From Macrostomum lignano (taxonomy: Eukaryota): 64,000 nucleotides of DNA. The stretch is taken from positions 1 to 64,000 of the forward strand of contig NIVC01002598.1 in the NCBI GenBank assembly GCA_002269645.1. The letters are read 5' to 3'. Below the pieces are notes generated by a model. The model saw only the letters and a list, made by a program, of their open reading frames with translations, did no database searches and was not told the origin of the DNA. Positions 50,401 to 64,000 of this stretch are shown here, piece by piece (the stretch's first letter is position 1; every line of letters starts with the position of its first letter). A program made the position numbers and the translations under genes.

Positions 50401-53400
50401 AGGGTCGCCATGATGGTCGGAGCGAGGCCTCCGTCCGCTGAGGCAGAGACGAGAGAGTTGACTGTTCCCTTGGAGTTCGAATCTCCAACGGCAGCGTTAA
50501 GGTTGGCGTTTGAACGAGGAATCGCCGAACGTTGATTAGAACTCGCGAAGGTGGCTCCGTGGAGAGTCGTGTGGTGCAGCCCGTTGCACTCGCGGCATCG
50601 TCGAGTGTCATGGCAGTCCCGGGTGTGGTGGCTGTGGAGGCAGTTGCGGCAGAGGTTTTTCTCTCGGACGATCTTGAGGCGGTCATCGGGCTTCCGCACC
50701 TCGCTGCAGAACATGGCGATGTGGTCGGAGCTGTCGCAGTAGAGGCAGCTGCGCCTAGGCTTCTGTTGTTGGCTGACAGAAGGGACGAGTGACGCTGATG
50801 GGCGAGGCGCAGCATTGGTGCGAGGAGCTCGGTGTCCGCCTGGGCTGCGATTGGATGGCGGCCGGGACGCAGCGTTGCCCAGAAGACTGGCGGAGGCGAA
50901 TGGCGCAACTGGCACTGTGGCTGAGGCAGCTCTGAGGGTCTTGAGCTTGCAGTCGAGATGGTCCTGGAGCTCCGCCATGGTGGGCATGAGAGGTTGTTTG
51001 TTAGAAGCGCGAAGATTGCGGATCTCGCTCTGGAATTCAAGCGGCAGGCGGTTCCAGAGCGCGTAGACATAGCTGTCTAGGGTGCAGGCAAGCTCGCCAA
51101 GGCGGAGAAGCTGGCCGGTGGCCAGGCGGAGGGCGTCCGTGAATTCCTCGAGCTCACCCAGGTCGGAGGCAGAGTTGCAGTGAAGGGCGAGGAGACGCTG
51201 GAAGGAGGCGTTCTTTTGCTCCTGTGTGTCGGCGTAGTTGGCCTGAAGGACACGACAGGCCTCAGCGTAGGCGTTTGGCTGGCAGGCGTCGAGGGCACCG
51301 AGCTTCTTGAGAGCGGAGCCGGAGAGCAGACCGCGAAGCGCCTCGAATTTGTCCACGTCGTTGAGGCTGGAGCGGTCAACGCGGTAGACGAAGGCGTCCC
51401 AGAAGCCCGGAAATGCAGCAGGGTCCGTACCGTCGAAGGTCGGGAGATGTACGTTCTTGAGAATGGTGGAGCGGATGAGCCCGGCCGGATCGTGAGCATC
51501 TGATGCGGGCGTTGAGGCAGTTGATGTTGAGGCTGGACGGACGGTGGCGGCAAGCTGTTGAATGAGCTGCTGGTTCTGCTGCATCATCGCAGTCATTGAG
51601 GCGATGAGGGCGTTCACGTCGACGGAGGCAGTGGGAGCTGTTGCAGGGATCGGAGCTGAGGACGGAGCAGCGGGAGGAGCGGATGTCGTGGCGGACGAAG
51701 CGGCTGGCAGCGGGTCACTGCTTTCGGCGGGTGGCTGCTCCGCGGCAGTGGTCGCTTCAGCAGAGGCTGAGAGGTGGTCATTCTCCGACTGCTGGGTCTG
51801 GTCGCCAGATTGGTCCGTTGTCGATCGTGTAATGACCATGATAACCACGCTCTGCTACCAAAATTGTCGAATAGACAATAAACTAATAGAACGAGATTTA
51901 AGTGGTGCAGAAAGGAAGAGAGAGAGGTGAAGGGCCTAAGCCGCCAGATTAACTTGTATTTATACTAACAGAATGAACAGGTTAGTTGTATAATCTATGG
52001 TGAATTAACGATTGAGATTGTCTGTGGGGAAGAGCATGGTAGACGAAGGGAGTCGGCTAACTGAAAAGTACAAGGCTGAATTGCAAAACAGAAAGTACAA
52101 ATAATTGGAGGATGGAAATCCGACAAAAGTTATTAACAATACATATCGGTAGAAATCAACTCTTCCAACTTGAATCTTGAGCTAATAAAGTTATTAACAA
52201 TACATATCGGTAGAAATCAACTTCACCAGGTAAAATTTAGAGCTAGCAAAGTTATTGTCGCTACATATCGGTCGAAGAAACTGTATCAGCTTAACTCTAG
52301 TGCTTTTTCGAAAGCTCCTCGCTTCTCTCTCTCTCTCTCTCCCTCACTACGGCTCGTATTCTCTCCCTTATCACCTGTAGGACTTGAGTTCCAGTTGAAT
52401 TGTATTAGCCGTTACTGTAAAAAACAGTGAAGTTACAAAACAGGGCCTTGCCTTTCTTTTATACAGCAGCTGAGCAACTCACATGCAGTAGGGCCGGCTG
52501 TTCAGTTGGTCATAATAGCAGGTGCCGCCGTGCAGGCAGCGGGTCATCGAGCTCGAATCGCACAGGTAGCGAGTCGGCGGGGGCGTTGTGGCCACTGAAC
52601 GGTGAAAGCAAACAGCGCGAGGGTTAAGGTTTCGAGGACTTCTTTGAAATGACTATTTTTGATGACCGATGTTACAATAAAATCGTCAGTTAAGATGAGC
52701 AAACAATTGACGGCAAAATGCTATTGATCTCAATCAACAATTGTTGCCACCATATGTTCAGTGTATTGTTTCTCGATCGAAACTGTCTACGCTGTTTTGT
52801 GTACGAGTGTATCGGTCGAAATCAACTCTTCCAGCTTAACCCATAGAGCTAACAAAGTTATCAACGCTACATATCGGTAGAAATCAAATTTGTCAGCCTA
52901 ACTCTTGAATCAATAGTTATTAACTATCGAGCCTGTACACTTAACAGTGTCAAGGGGGCTGGAGCCTAGTGGTTAGAGCGTCGGACTCACGACTGAAAGG
53001 TCGGGGGTTCGATTCTCGACCCACTCGGGACAATCTGTGTCCTTAAGCAAAGCACTTCACTCTGCATTGCTTCAGTTCACCCAGCTGTAAAATGGGTGCC
53101 AGCATTAGCTGAGGTAATTGAGGCTGTGTGTGGCGACCCCCCAGTCCTTGGACTGAACAGCTGTACGCAGTCTTCAGATGCGCCGCGCAATAGCTGGGGC
53201 TGTCGGTTGCACATCTGCCCATTAGGTTAGGTGTAATCAGTTATTATTGTCATTATTACACTCAGCAACATGTCAAAGTTTCCACCCTCAAACCACTGGT
53301 CAGCAAGTGGCAGTTTTAATTCAACTCTAGCCAAAATTCTCCACTCTCTCTTCACCACGGTTGAGACACGAGGATTGCGTCATTCGGGACTGGGATCTGA

Positions 53401-56400
53401 GAAAAGTTGATCACTGGTTTCGGGGTGGAAACTTGAAAATTTTGCTGAGTGATTTAGTCAAACTATTTTCTAAGAAATTCTATATTGATGAGGCACTCCA
53501 GCATTCACTAATGCATTTATCGGCCGTCTCCGAGGCCCCAAAAGCCCAAGGGTTTAGGCCACAGACATAGTTGCTGTTGCTGCTGTCTATGGTCTTAACC
53601 CCGGGGTTTTTGCGCTGCGGCCAGGCCATAGAGGAAAGAAAAGAATGGGGTGCTAATCTCTTGAATGCCATAGACAGCAGTGTCCATTCCCTTCCAAATA
53701 CGAGCTACGATGCCTAACTAAACCTTTGTTGCAACAGTACAGAGAAGTCACTCACTTGTACGAGTAGTTGACCGCGACTGCCCCATATCGGCGAAAATGT
53801 CGGAAACTGTAATGCAATTTTTATCAGCATAAATAGCGATTGCGGCTTAAGCTAAATCTTCAGCCAAAGCTATGGGTTAAATAAATCTGAAATATTCGAG
53901 CACTGCCCAAAATAAGATCTGCTCTTTTGCGTTTTTTTCTTTCAACATTATATAGTCTTCAACCAGCTGTTGCATTAGTGGCATCTTCTACCGCATTTCA
54001 CTGACCAGCCTTCTCTATCTCCTCTCTCTCTGTCTCCCTGCGTCTGTGCAGCCTCGCTGCCGCAGACAGAGGGACTCTGTGACAATGAGAGACTCGAGTA
54101 CACACACTTCCCCAGGCTCGCCTCAACCTACCCCCCCCCCAGCGGCACAACCTGAGAATGAGATTCCATTGCTAGTGAATGACAGCGAGAGGTATACGAG
54201 CTAGAAACCGCAGCTTGAGTCCAGCCAACCCCCCGCAGTCATCAATTGCAGCGCTTGAGCAAATAAGCGTGGGAGTTTTGAGAACACGAGCTTTAAAATA
54301 TTTACTACTAACTAGTGTGTGTGTGTGTGCCTGTGTATGGAGGGGTCTAGTCTCGCCAAAACCCTGCAATACTTCTCTTGCTAGGACTTGCTGTTCAGTC
54401 AAAGATGGCATAATGCTAGAGATTTGCCTGCGTTGAAGCATTGAATGCGGAAGTGCGAGTGCAGGATGCCCGCAGATTGTGCTAATGAGGTCATACCCTC
54501 GAATCTAACCGCAATGAGGTCATGTCCTCGAATCTAACCGCAATGAGGTCATGTCCTTGAATCAAACCGCAATGAGGTCATGACCTCGAATCTAACCGCA
54601 ATGATGTCATGTCCTTGAATCAAACCGCAATGAGGTCATGACCTCGAATCTAACCGCAATGAGGTCATACTCTCGAATCTAGCCAAAAGGAGGTCATGAC
54701 TTTGGATCTAACTACAAATGAGGTCATGACATAGGATCTAATGACATTGAGGTCATGACCTTGAAGCCTTGAAACCGAACAAATTTTTAAGACAAAAACA
54801 AAAAAAACAAAAAATTCTATGTAAATAGTTGGCAACAGAGGTCGCCCCGGATTTGACCAACTTTGCCTGGCCCTGGCGCTGTTCGGGGCGGCAAGAAATC
54901 CGCTGCTTCCTGAATCCGCTGGCATTTTGTCTTCAGCTAGCAGTTGTTGCAGTCCGGCAGGCAGAAATTCCATGAACAGAATGAGATGATTCCCCTCCCT
55001 CGCACACACTTGGTAATAAATCAAGAATCAGCCGCCACAGCTTATCGAATTCAATGCAATCAATCTTACTGAAGGCTTTGCGCTGATTGGCTGGTAGAAA
55101 TTCTACTATACGGTTTGGAGAAAGTACAGACTACACTACTGCTACTCGGCAGTAGTAGTAGTAGGTTTAATTTAACAAGAATATTTCTGTTTACAAAAGG
55201 TAAATATGCACTTAGTAAATAGAGACTCACCTCTGACAGCAATAGAAGCGCTGGCGTTGCCATAAAGATTGTAGAACTGGCAGCTGAAGTTGCCCACAGC
55301 TGACTGTGTCGGCCGCTTCAGGACCAACCGGCTGGTCACCAGCTGGCCTCTGTGGGGGGATGGAGGAGGATGGACGATGGAGGATGATGGAAGAGGATGG
55401 AGGATGGAGGAGGATGGAGGATGGAGGATGGAGGAGGATGATGGTAGGAGCGGAAGGGGGAGCAGCGGAGGATGTAGAAGAGAAAGCATACAAAGCAAAA
55501 CCGAAAGCGGTACCTTTTCTTGATCCTGGCCACCACCCGGATGTCCCGTCTGCCACCTGCCGAGTCGAAGACATCTCGTCCGTCTTTGAGCCAGCGAGCT
55601 CGAGGCGGCGGGCTGCCCTCGGCGCTGCAGGACAGGCGCAGGCTCGACAGCTTCTGTGGGCGTCGACGTCCGCGTCGATTTCTCCGCCGGGGCCGTCGCC
55701 GCGCCCGACGCTTCCATCGATATCGAATGCGGCCAGTCAACGCTGGCGGGCTCGCTGGGTTGGAGAAGCGTTTGCATGAAGATTAGTAGTACTTTTTGCT
55801 CACAAGTTCATGTGCACTTTTATTTCGGGTACTGATGCACTTTTTGAAAAGTGCACGGGAACTTTCAGTAGCTTGTAGCAAGTGCTGGGGTCTCCAAGAC
55901 GTAGTACGCTCGTACTTTGATTGCAATAAAGAACATCTTGTACTTTTGAAATGCTGTTTTTAGCTCATAATGTAGCTCCGTGAATAAAAAAGAAAATTAT
56001 TTTAGGCATTTATTATCTCATTTCTTCCGCAAATTAAGCGTTTCCGCTTGCACCTACCGGCTCATTTTACTGACTCAGTGGCAGGGGGGGGGGGTAATAC
56101 TAAATAATCACCGCGCGCTGACTGAAGAGCTTTGATTTATAGCTGGGTCTTTTCTCTCGTCCGGCTCGCAATCTTAGCCTGTCTGCCTGTCTGTCTATCT
56201 TAGCCTTACTGTCTGTCTGGTCATCTTACGCTCGTACTTGTCTGTCTGTCTGTCGTTCTTAGTCTATTTGCCTGTCGATCTCATCCTGTCCATCTGTCCA
56301 TTTTAGTCCGTCTGTCTGTCTGTCCATCTCAGCCTCAGTTCAGCGCAAGTCGCTCACCCTGCACCAGCTGCATCTTGACCAGATTGTGCTGAGTGAACCT

Positions 56401-56919
56401 GGCCGGCAGGAAGGCATGCTGGAAGTATTTGCTCAGACCAGTCGGCTTCAGAAACAGGATATAGCCTTTGGCTGAGTATGCACCAGTTCGGTCAGCAGAC
56501 GGAGTGCAGGACAGCCTTTGCAGCCGGCGACGAAATCGGTGGCTGAACTCGCCAACTAGAGTCTCTCTGATCCCGTCAATGTGAGCCTGCAGGCGCGGCG
56601 AGTCAGCCTTGAGCACGGAGTGAACAGTCACCGTCAGGTTGAGCAGCGGCTGGTCACGTTGTCGCAGCGGCGGCGGCGGCGCCCAGCTAGCGCGGACAAT
56701 CAGCGGAGCCAGCAGCCACTTGGACTGCAGGTCGTTGAACTCCTGGCCGCATTCAATCAGTCCGGCGCGCGGCAGTCGGCGCCACTTTCTGCCGGCGCTG
56801 ACGCCTCTGGCTGGATTCGCTTGACTGCTCAAGCTGAGCAGCAACGTCAGGAGAAGAGCGAATCGTGGCCGAGACGTCAAAGCCACGATGCCAGCGGTCG
56901 GTTGCTGTTTAAAGGGCAT
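38428..56919 (-). CDS. Neuregulin/Vein-like EGF-family ligand: signal, N-terminal domain, Ig I-set, EGF, TM, low-complexity cytoplasmic tail (about 716-721 aa)
   Basis: Phase-consistent GT-AG exons 56919-56358, 55754-55514 ([19 protein letters not shown]), 55349-55231 (GNFSC), 52594-52483 ([26 protein letters not shown]), 43513-43455, TM exon 41907-41793 or 41590-41461, and 39370-38428. Confidence 0.75.
41461..41590 (-). CDS. Neuregulin-like alternative stalk+TM exon B (phase 1 to 2)
   Basis: tgttttgcag|AC..AGCAT|gtgagt; [42 protein letters not shown]. Confidence 0.7.
41793..41907 (-). CDS. Neuregulin-like alternative stalk+TM exon A (phase 1 to 2)
   Basis: ctgtttgcag|AG..GCTAA|gtaagg; [37 protein letters not shown]. 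Confidence 0.65.
41928..42297. repeat. 32-bp minisatellite (gatgcctaatgccagcctaatgattctaactg)
   Basis: About 11 copies. Confidence 0.95.
42880..43333. repeat. 21-bp minisatellite (ttctgaactccagatttctca)
   Basis: Direct reading; SELQISH ORFs are artefacts. Confidence 0.95.
44925..45085. repeat. G-rich, about 15-bp degenerate repeat (ggcaggcggtgaggg)
   Basis: Direct reading. Confidence 0.8.
45749..45875. repeat. 61-bp minisatellite, left part, interrupted by the BEL element
   Basis: aaagttattaacaatacatatcggtagaaatcaactcttccaacttgaatcttgagccaat; continues at 52126. Confidence 0.9.
45876..46136 (-). repeat. BEL 3' LTR
   Basis: Direct repeat of 51865-52125. Confidence 0.97.
46239..51839 (-). 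CDS. BEL/Pao Gag-Pol polyprotein (about 1866 aa)
   Basis: DUF1759-like gag (LPTFDG..FWDAF), three Cys/His knuckles, protease [15 protein letters not shown], Pao RNase H FSDG, integrase HHCC and VDQLGP/LDQAT/VERL, DUF5641-like end. Confidence 0.97.
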   Translation of the reverse strand: MVITRSTTDQSGDQTQQSENDHLSASAEATTAAEQPPAESSDPLPAASSATTSAPPAAPSSAPIPATAPTASVDVNALIASMTAMMQQNQQLIQQLAATVRPASTSTASTPASDAHDPAGLIRSTILKNVHLPTFDGTDPAAFPGFWDAFVYRVDRSSLNDVDKFEALRGLLSGSALKKLGALDACQPNAYAEACRVLQANYADTQEQKNASFQRLLALHCNSASDLGELEEFTDALRLATGQLLRLGELACTLDSYVYALWNRLPLEFQSEIRNLRASNKQPLMPTMAELQDHLDCKLKTLRAASATVPVAPFASASLLGNAASRPPSNRSPGGHRAPRTNAAPRPSASLVPSVSQQQKPRRSCLYCDSSDHIAMFCSEVRKPDDRLKIVREKNLCRNCLHSHHTRDCHDTRRCRECNGLHHTTLHGATFASSNQRSAIPRSNANLNAAVGDSNSKGTVNSLVSASADGGLAPTIMATLRATAVNPKDGRTVDCNILLDSGCSYSHLDGAVARKLGLKAARKLTIATSTFHAESRRPVTADLVSFDLQAPDGRRWPITALASEQLAAPIYMPAVDLPKDVLNTLQSVPNGVCNLPPARDKDISLDLILGGDVNQLLIGPAVPALALRPTLTAYLTPFGAILNGSLDSTSTRRINGFLGSSQVLVANTYLNINNESLHLDRLLDRMSNLEVLGIDKGAGKPCLQDDGPTQRLLDSSTRGPDGRISVDLPFKPGAELLPSNFGQAFGRAQATHRRLSLPEREAYYAEFEKRKAEGVLERVDPKRDNNGQILHVLPHFPVIKESSNTTKIRPVVDASAQTSLSGATLNDFLEPGPNLLTSLLQVLLVHRAHRFAISSDFQAAFYQIGVNERHRDALRIILPRDISQPLIDGNFEIWRFTRIVMGASPSPWILLAVLHKICFDALNSGETCLTRTELERVIGGLYVDNLIVGTDTEEDAARLVRGLRELFRRACFHLREFATNLPNCLSTIPSEDCIRSHKVGLLGLTWDTSADRIALKKPNLPRPEELTRRRLCQGVHTPYDPAGYAAPLILSGRLLYRQAFQASDSWDEAARPEIRDAWAKLLPDLLRLDEINVPRFVAQDAGQPVRLVIFSDGAPGAYGFTIYIWQSLGSSITCRLVFAKTRLAPAAKKGLLVTVPRLELWSALIATRAASVILDALRDHLKFEGVTHFIDSQIVLHWLANGAKLRDYESRRVQQILDSDVTRDYRYVPTAENPADHCTKPLSLAQLQQSSFYEGPAFLKRPFLDWPSWTASAPDPCLLKGVPARKKPTTLGATLIATGSAACATPGHLSLERSNRLEHILGVTCYLIRLKAYIQRRQFSKDFPPSHAERQTALLLWIRVAQTECYGTVIQALECGRPKSEKIITQLDLHLCDGFIRLGSRFANASMDEDSKYPLLLPPGHRLTRLLILLIHRQNSHAGASTVLAILRDKYWVPKGLLTVRDALSDCIQCRLAKGSTRAPPAHGQLPKERLDAEAGPFASVLVDQLGPVFTYDHKLRVSTKRWALLITCCTSRALHIEILYDYSADAVLHAFERFWCRRGLTKCTVYLDQATAFQAAGKFIENHIATDFQKKLHNNLGPLAASRPLVFKFAPARAPWHQGAVERLVALTKSSLRPALWRKRISDEELHTLLVKIEAILNCRPLTTVSNDPADPSPLTPAHLLGVGPHLLLPGHHDAFLPAGTSTADRLRALHRRRDAILNEFWGRWRQEYLSHLRSVHLQERHRHRQHTSDGISFQPGQACLLAEPTPRATWKVCRILQLHPDPTGVVRYVTIRTVSGHDVRRSIGHLVPLECDINGPLAGPPAGPPAGPPAGPPAGPPVRPPTGQSPRDKRAIRRQKIRDGIFDA
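51843..51860 (-). promoter_or_regulatory. Primer-binding site complementary to initiator tRNA-Met
   Basis: TGGTAGCAGAGCGTGGTT, 4 nt after the 5' LTR. Confidence 0.9.
51865..52125 (-). repeat. BEL 5' LTR
   Basis: Direct repeat of 45876-46136. Confidence 0.97.
52126..52270. repeat. 61-bp minisatellite, right part (further degenerate copies about 52810-52925)
   Basis: Same unit as 45749-45875. Confidence 0.88.
52955..53220 (+). mobile_element. tRNA-derived SINE with CORE-like central domain
   Basis: A box (ggagcctagtggttag) and B box (ggttcgattc), then gtgtccttaagcaaagcacttcac..cagttcacccagctgtaaaatggg, resembling the MIR/CORE consensus. Confidence 0.8.
53580..53680. repeat. 13-bp perfect inverted repeat pair (MITE-like)
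   Basis: ctgctgtctatgg (53580-53592) / ccatagacagcag (53668-53680). Confidence 0.6.
54484..54760. repeat. 29-bp minisatellite (aatgaggtcatgtcctcgaatctaaccgc)
   Basis: Direct reading. Confidence 0.92.
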
Positions 56920-57589
56920 TTCATGACTATTAAATAGAGGGAACTCTGTGCAACTGAGTTGAGAGCGGAGTCGCTCGCTGCAAGAATTTAATCAAGAGAA
57001 ATGGCAGAGAGGGGAGGAGAGTCAGCGTACACAAACCGCAGTGGGTCAACGTGTGTTGACAGAACTGGCTAGCGGAGCAGCGGAGCTAAGAGGTGAAGGC
57101 AGAAGCTGAAGAGCCACGTGCAGTAGAAATAAGTATTAGAATGCTAAGCATGAGCAAAGCAGTAAGCTTTTAGCTTAGCTACTGCTCTGTCGCTGAACAC
57201 ATGAATACTTTGTTTGCTTATTAGCTACTAGCAGTAGCGATAAATAAATAAAACATGATTATTATCCAACGAAAAGGGACATTTTTCCAAGCAAAAAAAT
57301 TAATGACGCGTTTCTAGCGATTCTGTCAGATGTCTGATTTTTTAAATATATTTCTAGTTTAAGTTGCTCAGAGTGAGAATGCAGCCTTCGCAGTAAGTAC
57401 GCAGTTGAAAATAATAATTAAACTTGAAATTAACGAACAATATTAAAACACAAAACACGATAGTTCTAACAAAATTAGTGATTTCACAAGCTGCTGTGCA
57501 ACAACAATGAGGTGGCTCACAAAGAAAGCAGTGGCGGATCCAGGGCAGTTGGTGAATTTCCTGTATCTGCCATTGGTTTCTGGAGAAGG

Positions 57590-58030
57590 GAGGAGGAGGA
57601 TGGAAGAGGATGGAGGATAATAGAGGATGACGGGGAGGATGGAGGATGATGGAGGATGATGGAGGATGGAGGAGGGAGAATGGAGGATGGAGGAGGGAGG
57701 AGGATGGAGATTGGAGATAATGGAGGATGAGAACGATGGAGAGGATGGAGAATGGAGGAGGATGGGGGATGTAAGATGATGGAGGATGGAGGATGAGGAG
57801 GATGGATGATGGAGGATGGAGGAGGGAGGCTGAGGAAAGAGAATGGAGGATGGAGGATTTAGGATGATGGAGAGGATGGAGAATGGAGGAGGAGGGAGAA
57901 TGGATAATGGAGGAGGATGGAGGATGTAGGATGATGGAGGATTGAGGAGGGAGGATGGAGGATGAGGATGGAGATGATGGAGGAGGGAGGCTTGAGAATG
58001 GAAGAGGATGGAGGCTGGAGGAGGAAGATG
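57590..58030. repeat. Purine-rich GGA/GGAT low-complexity tract (smaller copy at 55369-55445)
   Basis: Direct reading. Confidence 0.9.
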
Positions 58031-58760
58031 GATCCGGGTCAGAATTGGCGAGATGAATTGGTGGATCAGCCATTGATTTGTTTTTATTGTTCAATAACCA
58101 ATGATTTAAAGTTTTTACTCCACCCTGTGGAGGGGTGCAGCCGCTAGTCTAATATACTAAATAATACGCTCGTACAATACACAAAAACTGAGCAAAAACA
58201 GCTACGGCAATGATGCAGTGCTAGACTATGCTGTATAGAAATTTAAAATACACACACAGTATGCCACTTTTCTGGCAGCTCAAGCTGGTTAGATTTCTAG
58301 TGAAACCGGAAAGTTTGCAACATACTACTTTTAGCAACTTTTCTAACCTAAATAAGTATGAAGAGAACTTGTTTTTATTAGAAAATTTAAGAGATTACAC
58401 CAATAAATAAAATTTCAAGCTGTGCGATACAAAGGTCCAGATTCTATTAGTCATTAACGAATTCTCAGCAGGGGGCAAGCAGCAGTTTAATATGGCCGTT
58501 AGGCACAACTTGCTAACTGACTACTACTAATTATTAGCATATATAAAAGCTAGCTAAGATTAAGAAAACAGAATAAAATGTTTAGCCAACAAATTTTTCA
58601 AGGAAAAAGCAACAGGTTAAAACTGACAAAAACGATTTTAAACACGAGCCTGACATACCGGTTGGTTAGGTCAGCAACACATGAAAACATATTTTGGTTA
58701 TTATCTTGTCTGCCTTCTTAAACAGTATTAAATCGAAAATCACTCATCCAGCCAGGCTCA

Positions 58761-63017
<4,257 letters not shown>

Positions 63018-63444
63018 CTGAAAAAGGGGGACGAGGGTAGCGCCTAATTAGCTCGTGAAGTTCTAATGCCACTTGGGAGCACGAGATTTTATTGTCCCGT
63101 TTAAATGTACATTATTCCGGCATACTGGTAATAAAATCTAAGAGTCACGTGATCTAATCAAAGATAAGACCAATCTAGCCAGTTCAGATGCATTTGAAAT
63201 AGAACAAAATCTAGCAAGCTCTAGTTAGTTACAGTTCCGCAGAGGGCCCGAGAGAGGCGACAATCAACCCGCAACCAGAGAGCAGACAAGCAGCCAGCCA
63301 TGCTAATAATACTGTTGACCCCTGAGCAGGAGAGCACGCTCACGCACACGGAGATACGTAGGCAGGCACAACGCTCATACAGGGTGTACAGCGGCCCTGA
63401 CTATCTCATCATCAGGCCTGAACACACTGTGTGCTTTGGGGTTG

Positions 63445-64000
63445 AAACAGACAATCAGACAGACAGACAAACACTAAGACAGGCAAACAGACAGAGAGAC
63501 TGAAAGGCAGGCAGGCAGGTAGACAGACAGATAGAAACTAAGACAGACAGACAGACAGACAGATAGACACTAAGACAGACACGCAAGCAGACAGACAGAT
63601 ACTAAGACAGGCAGACACTAAGACAGGCAGACAGGCAGATACTAAGACAGGCAGACACTAAGACAGGCAGACAGGCAGATACTAAGACAGGCAGACACTA
63701 AGACAGGCAGACAGGCAGACACTAAGACAGGCAGGCAAGCAGACAGACAGATACTAAGACAGGCAGACACTAAGACAGGCAGACAGACAGATACTAAGAC
63801 AGGCAGACACTAAGACAGGCAGACAGGCAGACACTAAGACAGGCAGACAGACAGATACTAAGACAGGCAGACACTAAGACAGGCAGACAGGCAGACACTA
63901 AGACAGGCAGGCAAGCAGACAGACAGATACTAAGACAGGCAGACAGGCAGACACTAAGACAGGCAGGCAAGCAGACAGACAGATACTAAGACAGGCAGAC
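63445..64000. repeat. AGAC/AGGC/ACTA compound microsatellite running off the window
   Basis: Direct reading. Confidence 0.95.

Larger units (their letters stand above)
45876..52125 (-). mobile_element. Full-length intact BEL/Pao LTR retrotransposon (6250 bp)
   Basis: 261-bp LTRs 45876-46136 and 51865-52125 (TGTCG..CGACA, no differences seen by eye), 5-bp TSD AAAGT, tRNAi-Met PBS, single intact ORF. Confidence 0.98.

Noticed and set aside
46302-51553. Many overlapping ORFs within the BEL element
   Set aside because: GC-rich shadow frames of the single Gag-Pol ORF
52955-53030. tRNA-Val(CAC) gene
   Set aside because: No proper acceptor stem or Pol III terminator; continues into a SINE body
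54665-55024. Candidate EGF exon of the neuregulin-like gene
   Set aside because: Cys-rich frame has a stop and wrong spacing; a clean EGF exon exists at 52594-52483

Overview
Repeat-rich invertebrate animal genomic DNA. The intron style, very high microsatellite/minisatellite load and neuropeptide content suggest a lophotrochozoan, possibly a free-living flatworm such as Macrostomum (inference only). Host genes, with exons joined by hand using GT-AG sites and phase: SOAT/ACAT (+, 4 exons), an APGWamide precursor (-), a second GWamide neuropeptide precursor with a GnRH/corazonin-like motif (-), an unidentified 5-exon gene (+), a neuregulin-like Ig-EGF-TM ligand spanning 38.4-56.9 kb with two frame-exclusive transmembrane exons (-), and the 3' part of CPT1 (-). 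Mobile elements: a Ty3/Gypsy element, a very young intact BEL/Pao element, a Crypton-like tyrosine recombinase gene with an upstream hairpin, SINEs, MITEs and decayed gypsy/mariner relics. The most striking observation is the Ty3/Gypsy element at 477-7852. A complete class III (herpes gB-like) envelope glycoprotein (signal peptide, furin site, TM) sits in frame BETWEEN Gag and protease in one ORF. The order is therefore gag-env-pro-RT-RH-IN rather than the usual gag-pol-env.
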